Assembly: GCA_030429505.1 (NCBI GenBank)
Contig: JAUIFI010000001.1
Location: 780,001-812,000 of the forward strand
Length of the DNA stretch: 32,000 bases
DNA from: Candidatus Saccharimonadota bacterium
GTDB taxonomy: Bacteria > Patescibacteriota > Gracilibacteria > UBA4473
Direction: 5' to 3'
The first letter of the stretch is position 1. Every line of letters begins with the position of its first letter. Shown here in pieces: positions 1-6,568 of this stretch. Both the position numbers and the translations under genes were made by a program. The notes beneath the pieces are model-generated. The model saw only the letters and a list, made by a program, of their open reading frames with translations, was not told the origin of the DNA and made no database searches.

Positions 1-290
1 CCCGAAACATCTGTCTCTTCATGTTTCCCCACATAAAAAACCTGTAACGCCCCCCCTCGCTCACAAGGAGAGGTGAAAGTAATTTTTTCTTCACGCTGAT
101 TCTCCACCACCAAACGCACCAAGTTTCCGGTCACAAAAGACTTCTTTTCAGGTGTAACAGTAACAGATGAAACTACCGGCTGATCAGATGGTTGTTCTTC
201 ACCAAAAAAATGCTGAAAGCCCAACAGCAAAACATAAAAAACCGCAAACCACAATAAGAAACTTTTCAAAAAATGTTTAATCGTATTCAT
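1..290 (-). CDS. YidC-like membrane protein insertase, N-terminal fragment (continues beyond window start)
   Basis: The minus-strand frame is open from ATG (290..288) to the window edge. Translation MNTIKHFLKSFLLWFAVFYVLLLGFQHFFGEEQPSDQP... has one N-terminal TM helix followed by a soluble region. The ATG overlaps the rnpA TGA stop (ATGA at 287..290). The position fits the conserved rpmH-rnpA-yidC order, and the call rests mainly on that synteny. Confidence 0.45.
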   Translation of the reverse strand, partial: MNTIKHFLKSFLLWFAVFYVLLLGFQHFFGEEQPSDQPVVSSVTVTPEKKSFVTGNLVRLVVENQREEKITFTSPCERGGALQVFYVGKHEETDVS

Positions 291-649
291 CTATGACGAG
301 AAAAAGAAGCTTTATTTGGAGAACGACTCAAAAACTGTCGCAGTTTTCCAAGTCCTTCTACAAAATCCTGTGAATTCTGAAAGATTTGATCTCCCTTGTA
401 AAGACAAATAACATTTTGCTTTCTTAAATATTTATACAAGTGAAAACGTAAAAGTTCATAAATTTGGCGACGAATCCGATTGCGCCGCACAGCCAATTTT
501 GCCACTTTTTTTGATACCACCACCGCACAATGCGAACGATCATTATCCGAAGAAACTAAAAAAAGACAATCCTTCCACCGAAAAGATCGAGATTTTTTAA
601 ACTTGGCATCAAACAATCGACTTGTAAACCGATCCTCCTTCGGAAGCAT
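287..649 (-). CDS. rnpA: Ribonuclease P protein component
   Basis: 120-aa basic protein with the RnpA-type motif KKVAKLAVRRNRIRRQIYE. It lies directly downstream of rpmH, as in most bacteria. Confidence 0.85.
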   Translation of the reverse strand: MLPKEDRFTSRLFDAKFKKSRSFRWKDCLFLVSSDNDRSHCAVVVSKKVAKLAVRRNRIRRQIYELLRFHLYKYLRKQNVICLYKGDQIFQNSQDFVEGLGKLRQFLSRSPNKASFSRHR

Positions 650-667
650 ATCAATAGTTTATAAAAA

Positions 668-820
668 CTAAGTCCACGGCTTCTCCTTTGAAGCCACCGA
701 CAAAAGCTTTCGCCCCTTATTTCTTCGATTTGCCAAAACCCTTCGCCCCCCAGGAGTCTGCATACGAGCCCGAAACCCATGCGTTCGTAACCGTTTTCTC
801 CATCGTCTTTTCGCAAGCAT
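668..820 (-). CDS. rpmH: 50S ribosomal protein L34 (50 aa, below the ORF-track length cutoff)
   Basis: Hand translation of the minus strand gives [50 protein letters not shown]. It contains the L34 signature [23 protein letters not shown] at 820..818, TAG at 670..668. Confidence 0.85.
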   Translation of the reverse strand: MLAKRRWRKRLRTHGFRARMQTPGGRRVLANRRNKGRKLLSVASKEKPWT

Positions 821-843
821 TGTCAAAAATAATAACAGAAAGA

Positions 844-872
844 CTTATACGCACTTCCACACACCTTGTCAA
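844..872 (-). promoter_or_regulatory. Putative sigma70-type promoter of rpmH-rnpA-yidC
   Basis: On the minus strand: TTGACA (872..867), 17-nt spacer, TATAAG (849..844). This implies a leader of about 16 nt before the rpmH ATG. Confidence 0.4.
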
Positions 873-946
873 ACAAAGACATTTTTCTATGAAGAAGAAG
901 GTATCAAAAATAATCTTAGGCAAGGCAGAAAACTAAAAATACGGGA

Positions 947-968
947 ATCGTACATTTCGCTGTACGAT
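947..968. repeat. Perfect 8-bp inverted repeat ATCGTACA-N6-TGTACGAT between the divergent rpmH and 16S promoters
   Basis: Read directly from the sequence. No adjacent T-run, so it could be an operator or insulator hairpin. Function unknown. Confidence 0.4.
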
Positions 969-1030
969 GATAAATTTTTAGTGTATCCAACACAGCATTA
1001 AGACATTTTTCAGAGCTTCTAAAAATAAAT

Positions 1031-1059
1031 TTGACAGAGAAATGGAAACTCCATACAAT
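1031..1059 (+). promoter_or_regulatory. Putative 16S rRNA promoter
   Basis: TTGACA (1031..1036), exactly 17 nt, TACAAT (1054..1059). It sits about 160 nt upstream of the mature 16S 5' end. Confidence 0.55.
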
Positions 1060-1124
1060 GCGCTGGCTTTTGGGGGGTGTTTTGAAGCATATTCACTTCA
1101 AAAGCAGCTTAAAAGCTCTTTTTC

Positions 1125-1147
1125 ATTTCGAACGCATAACAGTATCA
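1125..1147 (+). other. 5' strand of the pre-16S processing stem (RNase III-type helix); also boxA-like
   Basis: GCTCTTTTTCATTTCGAACGCAT is complementary to 2804..2827, with 1 mismatch and 2 G-U pairs over about 23 bp. AGCTCTTTTTCA resembles the rrn antiterminator boxA (GCTCTTTAACA). Confidence 0.6.
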
Positions 1148-1217
1148 GAATATTCTGATATTGATACAACCAAAAATCAACGTTTATTCTTTTTGAAATT
1201 TTTTCAAATTTTCTTTT

Positions 1218-2701
1218 TTTAAGGAGAGTTTGATCCTAGCTCAGGATGAACGCTGGCGGTGCGCCTAATACATGCAAGTCGAACGTGATCTTGTTGGATT
1301 TATTCAGCAAGTGAAAGTGGCGGACGAGCGAGTAATACATAAGAACCTGCCCTGTACTCGGGGACAACCCACCGAAAGGTGGGCTAATACCGGATAGTCT
1401 CGAAAGAGTAAAGCTTTTGCGGTACAGGAGGGGCTTATGGCTTATCAGTTTGTTGGTGGGGTAAAAGCCTACCAAGACTATGACGAGTAGCTGGTGTGAG
1501 AGCATGACCAGCCGCGATGGGACTGAGACACGGCCCATACTCCTACGGGAGGCAGCAGTAGGGAATCTTCCGCAATGGGCGAAAGCCTGACGGAGCGACA
1601 CCGCGTGAAGGATGAAGCATTTCGGTGTGTAAACTTCTTTTCTCGGGGAAGAAAATCTGACGGTACCCGAGGAATAAGCTCCGGCTAATTACGTGCCAGC
1701 AGCCGCGGTAATACGTAAGGAGCAAGCGTTATCCGGAATTATTGGGCGTAAAGCGTCCGCAGGCGGTGGAGAAAGTCTGTCATTAAATACCAGTGCTCAA
1801 CATTGGTGCTGTGATGGAAACTTCTACACTAGAGGATGGGAGAGGTATGTGGAATTGTGCAAGTAGGGGTAAAATCCGTAGATATGCACAGGAACACCAA
1901 AAGCGAAGGCAGCATACTGGACCATTCCTGACGCTCAGGGACGAAAGCGTGGGGAGCGAAACGGATTAGATACCCGTGTAGTCCACGCCGTAAACGATGC
2001 GTGCTCGGTGTAGGGACCCTCGACCTGGTCTCTGTGCCTAAGGTAACCCGTTAAGCACGCCGCCTGTGTAGTACGGCCGCAAGGCTAAAACACAAAGGAA
2101 TAGACGGGGACCCACACAAGCGGTGGACTATGGGGTTTAATTCGTCACTAAGCGAGAAATCTCACCCAGACTTGACATCCCTATCGTACTTTTTAGAAAT
2201 AATTAGGTCAGTTCGGCTGGATAGGTGACAGGCGCTGCATGGTTGTCGTCAGCTCGTGCCTTGAGGTGTTCGGTTAAGTCCGTAAACGAGCGCAACCCTC
2301 ATCGTATGTTGTACTTTCATACGAGACTGCCGGTCATAAACCGGAGGAAGGTGAGGATGACGTCAAATCAGCATGGCCCTTATGTCTGGGGCTACACCCG
2401 TGGTACAATGGCTAGTACAAACTGAAGCAAAGCCGTAAGGTGGAGCCAATCGGAGAAAACTAGTCTCAGTTCGGATTGAGGTCTGAAACTCGACCTCATG
2501 AAGTTGGAATCGCTAGTAAACGTGTATCAGCTACGGCACGTTGAATATGTTCCTGGGTCTTGTACTCACTGCCCGTCAAGGCATGGGAGCTGGGGGCACC
2601 CAAAGTCTGCGAAATAATCGTGGCCTAAGGTGAAACCAGTGACTGGGCTTAAGTCGTAACAAGGTATCCGTACGGGAATGTGCGGATGGATCATCGCCTT
2701 T
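1218..2701 (+). rRNA. rrs: 16S ribosomal RNA (about 1.48 kb)
   Basis: AGAGTTTGATCCTAGCTCAG at 1225. GTGCCAGCAGCCGCGGTAATAC, ATTAGATACCCGTGTAGTCC, GCCCGTCA and AAGTCGTAACAAGGTA are all present in order. Ends GGATCATCGCCTTT. Ends were set by alignment to the E. coli termini from memory, so allow +/- a few nt. Confidence 0.95.
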
Positions 2702-2803
2702 TCCAAAGGCATAACAGGGTATTCCTATCGTATGATAGGTAAGAAGCAAAGAGTTTGAGAACACACAAACGTTGGTTCTCTTTGTACAAACTCCCTCTCG
2801 GTC

Positions 2804-2827
2804 GATGCGTTCGAAGTGAAAGCGAGC
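2804..2827 (+). other. 3' strand of the pre-16S processing stem
   Basis: GATGCGTTCGAAGTGAAAGCGAGC is the reverse complement partner of 1125..1147, so the two strands bracket the whole 16S. Confidence 0.6.
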
Positions 2828-2921
2828 TTTTCGCAAAAGGAGAGTGCTGAAGGCATTCTCGTTTTTATGAAAAGCGAGTGCATCACTCACGTTAGTTAGT
2901 GTAAGAGAGTTTCTTTTATTC

Positions 2922-3066
2922 TGTCATCCCGCATTTATTACGGGATCTAGCCATAAATCAATATTCTAAATACAGAACAAAGTGAACAACAAGCCTTATT
3001 TTTAATTCAGTCCTCTAAAATACATACTAACTTACCTCTAGACTCCAGAATAAATTCGGAGTGACA
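2922..3066. repeat. Paired-hairpin palindromic element, long form (copy A)
   Basis: Left unit: TGTC-ATCCCG-loop-CGGGAT-C (2922..2947). Right unit: G-ACTCC..GGAGT-GACA (3041..3066). The 93-nt core is homologous to copy D1: AAATACAGAACAAAGTGAACAAC vs AAATGCAGAACGAAGTGAAAAC, and both end in CTAGAC. Confidence 0.7.
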
Positions 3067-3152
3067 ACCAGTATTTTCACATTCCTGCACAAACAGGAAT
3101 ATCAAAAAAAGCACCATAAAGATAAGATTCTTGTTTTCAGAGGAGTAAAAAT

Positions 3153-4964
3153 TTACAACTGCTTCCGCAGACTCTCCATCTGTTTTTTGTTCAAAATCTC
3201 TAAAAGCTCCTTATCTGAAGCTTTTTTAATTTCTAATACCGAACCAAATTTTTTGAGTAACTTCTTCTTCGTCACTCCCCCAATCCCCGAAATCTCATCC
3301 AAAACCGATTTATGAGCCTTTTTTTGCCGAACGGCTCTATTAAAAGTAATCGCAAACCGATGAGCTTCATCACGAATACGCTGCAACAATTTCAAAGCGC
3401 TACTCTCAAAAGACAAAAGCAAAGGCTCTTTTTGTCCCGGACGAAATATCTCCTCTTCCCGCTTCGCCAAAGCAATAATCTGACTATTTGGATCAAAATC
3501 ATCAGGAAAAAGATTGTCCTTCGAAAAATCATCCACCGCCTTCATTACACTCGACAACTGCCCCTTTCCACCATCAATCACAATCAAATCCGGAAATTTT
3601 TCAGCAAACTTCTTATCTTCTTTCCGTGCAAAACGACGAGATAAAATCTCTCGCATTGACGCAAAATCATCAATTTTTCCATTCAAAGTCTTGAGTTTAA
3701 ATCTTCTATATTCAGATTTTTTTGGCTCACCATCGACAAATACCACTTGACTCGCCACCGTCGCCGTTCCGCTCAAATGAGAAATATCAAAACACTCTAT
3801 CCGATGAGGTGGATCAGATAGTCCCAAATGCTCCGCCAATTCAGGTAATGCTTTCGCAAAATTTTCCGCATGAGACATTTCTTCCAATTTCTTACGCTCC
3901 GCAAATTGACGAGCATTTTTTTCTGCCATCTCCAGCACTCGTTTTTTATCTCCTTTCTGCGGAACAATAATCTCCAACTTCCCACTATCAGGAAAAGATT
4001 CCATTAAAAAACCTTCTACCTCAAGCGTGTTATCTAGCTGGGAGCCAACATAAATTTCTCGAGGCAAGACATCTACCTTGGGATAAAACTGTAACAAAAA
4101 CGCCTCCACCACCTCTTCATCGGAAAAAAAATCACGAGCTCGAAACACCACCTCATTCTGATCTAGCATCTGACCATGACGAAACGCTATTCGCACAAAA
4201 TACGCCAAATCACCTTCTCGCTCAAACGCCAAAAAATCACGATTGACCTGATCCTTGATCTGCACCGCCTGCTTTTGTGTAGAAACCTGGATAGACTGGA
4301 TCAGATCACGTGTTTTTGCCGCCGCCTCAAAGTTTTTATCCTCAGCAAACCCCATCATCCGACTTTGTAAAACCTGTAACACATTCCTCGTCTGTCCTCC
4401 CAAAAACTGCTTCATCATCGATACATTTTTCAAATACTCCTCCCGACTCACCTCAAATTTTCCGGATAATAAATGCGGGTAATAATCCAAAGAAGACTTC
4501 ACCATCCGAATCCGAAAAAATTTTTGGCAAAACCGCACCGTCTCTCGAAATTCTTTTGTCGAAGTCTTTGGCCCCAGATAAAAACTACCATCCCTCACCA
4601 AACGCCTCGTAATCTCCATCTTGGGCCAGTCTTCATTGGTAACATGCAAATAAACAAAGTTCTTGTCATCCTTCAGTCGAATATTAAACCGCGGAGACAA
4701 TTCTTTGATGAGATTGTTCTCCAAAATCAAAGCCTCCATCTCAGAATTCACCACCCGCGTCTCAATCCGATCTACTTTAGATACCAAAACCCGAGTCTTC
4801 GCTGGCTGTTTGTTTTTTTGAAAATAACTCGCTACCCGTTTACGTAAGTGCTTTGCCTTCCCCACATAAAGTATTTCGCCATCCTTATCCCAAAACAAAT
4901 AACATCCCGGCCCCATCGGAATTTTTTTCGCATGAAACGAAAATTTTTTTGAATCATCTTTCAC
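3153..4964 (-). CDS. uvrC: Excinuclease ABC subunit C
   Basis: 603 aa. N-terminal GIY-YIG motif (PGCYLFWDKDGEILYVGKAKHLRKRVASYF), a central UvrC/RNase H-like region and a C-terminal helix-hairpin-helix (ISGIGGVTKKKLLKKFGS). GTG start. Confidence 0.95.
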   Translation of the reverse strand: MKDDSKKFSFHAKKIPMGPGCYLFWDKDGEILYVGKAKHLRKRVASYFQKNKQPAKTRVLVSKVDRIETRVVNSEMEALILENNLIKELSPRFNIRLKDDKNFVYLHVTNEDWPKMEITRRLVRDGSFYLGPKTSTKEFRETVRFCQKFFRIRMVKSSLDYYPHLLSGKFEVSREEYLKNVSMMKQFLGGQTRNVLQVLQSRMMGFAEDKNFEAAAKTRDLIQSIQVSTQKQAVQIKDQVNRDFLAFEREGDLAYFVRIAFRHGQMLDQNEVVFRARDFFSDEEVVEAFLLQFYPKVDVLPREIYVGSQLDNTLEVEGFLMESFPDSGKLEIIVPQKGDKKRVLEMAEKNARQFAERKKLEEMSHAENFAKALPELAEHLGLSDPPHRIECFDISHLSGTATVASQVVFVDGEPKKSEYRRFKLKTLNGKIDDFASMREILSRRFARKEDKKFAEKFPDLIVIDGGKGQLSSVMKAVDDFSKDNLFPDDFDPNSQIIALAKREEEIFRPGQKEPLLLSFESSALKLLQRIRDEAHRFAITFNRAVRQKKAHKSVLDEISGIGGVTKKKLLKKFGSVLEIKKASDKELLEILNKKQMESLRKQL

Positions 4965-5006
4965 AGCTCCAGTTTACTTTTTCGAGCAAAAAACTAAAGT
5001 AAGAGT

Positions 5007-5312
5007 ATGTCACCAAAAACGAAAAAAACAAAAGACTCCGTAACCGAAAAAGACATACACCATGTCGTAAATACCCTAAAAGCCGCCGGATTTACAGATT
5101 TTATTCAATATCTTCAATCCCCATGGCGCATCATGGGCATAAACTTGGTAGCCGGTATATTTCGAGGTTTGGGAATTTTAATCGGGATGACCGTCATTTT
5201 CGGAGTCCTCATCTGGGTTTTGAGTCAATTTGTAAATTTTCCTCTCATTGGATCATACTTCCAAAGCATACTTAAAGTTATAGAAGAAGTCGCCCCGCCA
5301 GAAATTTACTAA
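5007..5312 (+). CDS. Small membrane protein (resembles the DUF5665 family, from memory)
   Basis: 101 aa with two predicted TM helices (INLVAGIFRGLGILIGMTVIFGVLIWVL). It abuts yggT with a 3-nt gap. Confidence 0.55.
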   Translation: MSPKTKKTKDSVTEKDIHHVVNTLKAAGFTDFIQYLQSPWRIMGINLVAGIFRGLGILIGMTVIFGVLIWVLSQFVNFPLIGSYFQSILKVIEEVAPPEIY

Positions 5313-5315
5313 TAC

Positions 5316-5588
5316 ATGACCGAAACACTTATCCTGTTTGCTATTCGATTTATAAACATCCTTATCCAGCTCATGTACTGGGCTATTTTGATCTATGTAC
5401 TTATGAGTTGGTTTGCTCGTGGAGCATCACCACTCGGATCACTTTTGGCTCAAATCGTCCGACCAATCCTAACCCCTTTCCGTTGGGCTCGCATCGGCAT
5501 GATCGACCTTTCACCCATTGTAGCTCTGATCGCCCTCGACTTCCTCGGACGATTCCTCATACAAATGCTTCAAAAACTCCTGGCATAA
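5316..5588 (+). CDS. YggT family membrane protein
   Basis: 90 aa. YggT-like pattern (Y.ILIYVLMSW.......LG..L..I..PIL.PFR......G.IDLSPIVALI.L). Confidence 0.75.
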   Translation: MTETLILFAIRFINILIQLMYWAILIYVLMSWFARGASPLGSLLAQIVRPILTPFRWARIGMIDLSPIVALIALDFLGRFLIQMLQKLLA

Positions 5589-5593
5589 ACACC

Positions 5594-5881
5594 ATGAAAG
5601 ACTTTTTCACAAAATATCCCGACTGGAAACTAAACCCCGATATCCCAGCCATCGAAAAAACCTATTCCTTTCCAGACTTTCAATCAGCCCTAAACTTTGT
5701 AAACACAGTTGGCACCATCGCCGAAGCCGCCGACCATCACCCCGATATCCAACTCTCCTGGGGAAAAGTCACCATCCAACTCAGCACCCACAGTAAAAGC
5801 AAAGTCACCGAAAAAGATTTCAATCTGGCAGAGAAAATCGAACAAGCCTTCGAAAAAAAAGCCTCTTATGCAAATAAATGA
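5594..5881 (+). CDS. Pterin-4-alpha-carbinolamine dehydratase (PCD/DCoH)
   Basis: 95 aa from the internal ATG at 5594. The longer track ORF from 5408 overlaps yggT and is rejected. Contains the F.DF..A..F.N.V...AE...HHPD....W..V...L.TH signature. Confidence 0.85.
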   Translation: MKDFFTKYPDWKLNPDIPAIEKTYSFPDFQSALNFVNTVGTIAEAADHHPDIQLSWGKVTIQLSTHSKSKVTEKDFNLAEKIEQAFEKKASYANK

Positions 5882-6399
5882 ATATCCCTCGATACAAATT
5901 GACGCATAAATATATAGGCTTCGTATAAATCTTTGAAAAAAGACTCTCGTAGATCTTTCGGCAAATCTTCCCAACAAGCACCCTCACGAAAGAGAACAAG
6001 AGTCTTTTGATAAGATTCTTTTAAGCGATCACACAACTCACCCCTTTCAGCATCCAGTTTTTTTCTCGCTTGCAAAAGACCAAGGTACTGATGCGATCTA
6101 TCCTGAATATAATTCACAAGTTCGTCACCCATCAGCGAACCAGCATGATTATAGTCAAGTTCAAGATACTTGAGAAGAAAACCATCATTATAATATTGAG
6201 ACCAAAGGCTCATACAATTATCCTCTAAATCGGAAAAAAACGTATAAAAACTATTAAACTTTTGCGTAATATTACCATCTTCATCATACCCAACAAATTC
6301 CTCAGAACTCAAAAGAGGGTCTGTATTTTCCGGCACAATCCCTGAGGTATCAATCTGTCCTCGAACCTCATCAAACGATAAACGCTCTGAATTATTCAT
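5866..6399 (-). CDS. Hypothetical acidic protein (177 aa from the ATG at 6399)
   Basis: Long ORF with no TM segment and no motif I recognise. Its 3' end overlaps the convergent PCD gene by 16 nt. Confidence 0.5.
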   Translation of the reverse strand: MNNSERLSFDEVRGQIDTSGIVPENTDPLLSSEEFVGYDEDGNITQKFNSFYTFFSDLEDNCMSLWSQYYNDGFLLKYLELDYNHAGSLMGDELVNYIQDRSHQYLGLLQARKKLDAERGELCDRLKESYQKTLVLFREGACWEDLPKDLRESFFKDLYEAYIFMRQFVSRDIHLFA

Positions 6400-6492
6400 A
6401 AACAATAAATAAATAAAAAGAAAAAGTCAATACAGTTGTAATGATTTGTCCAAGATCGTGTGAAGATTAGCGTAATGATAGTTTCAACATGC

Positions 6493-6516
6493 GATTCCAA
6501 ACAAGCTGGAATGACA
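6493..6516. repeat. Solo right-type hairpin unit of the palindromic element family (copy E)
   Basis: G-ATTCCA-aacaagc-TGGAAT-GACA. It has the same flank (GACA) and loop (ACAAG) as the C and D1 right units. No convincing left partner upstream. Confidence 0.55.
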
Positions 6517-6532
6517 CAACAAACAAAAACAG

Positions 6533-6560
6533 TTGCCAAAATTCTTCATCTCTCAATAAT
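6533..6560 (+). promoter_or_regulatory. Putative cysS promoter (near-leaderless)
   Basis: TTGCCA (6533..6538), 16 nt, AATAAT (6555..6560). Only 8 nt separate the -10 box from the ATG at 6569. Confidence 0.4.
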
Positions 6561-6568
6561 CGTTTTGC

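Noticed and set aside
983-993. DnaA-box-like TGTATCCAACA near rpmH, since rpmH often neighbours dnaA/oriC
   Set aside because: It is a single imperfect box, with no cluster, no dnaA gene and no AT-rich unwinding repeats identified.
1236-2890. Track ORFs inside or antisense to the 16S gene (1236..1601, 1543..1725, 2225..2425, 2576..2890)
   Set aside because: They overlap a confidently identified rRNA, so they are spurious frames.
4663-4690. TGTCATCCTTCAG inside uvrC, and TGTCATCCCAAT at 31954, both resembling the left end of the repeat family
   Set aside because: No complementary stem follows. Both lie in coding or ORF sequence, so they are partial chance matches.
3061-4847. Many plus-strand ORFs antisense to uvrC, with similar antisense ORFs inside cysS, metG, the RND gene, the adaptor gene, hisS, atpA, prx, tuf, the secreted-protein gene, pgi and tal
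   Set aside because: Each lies opposite a longer ORF with clear homology motifs. The translations are low-complexity (P/S/T/F-rich), as expected from the complement of purine-rich coding strands.
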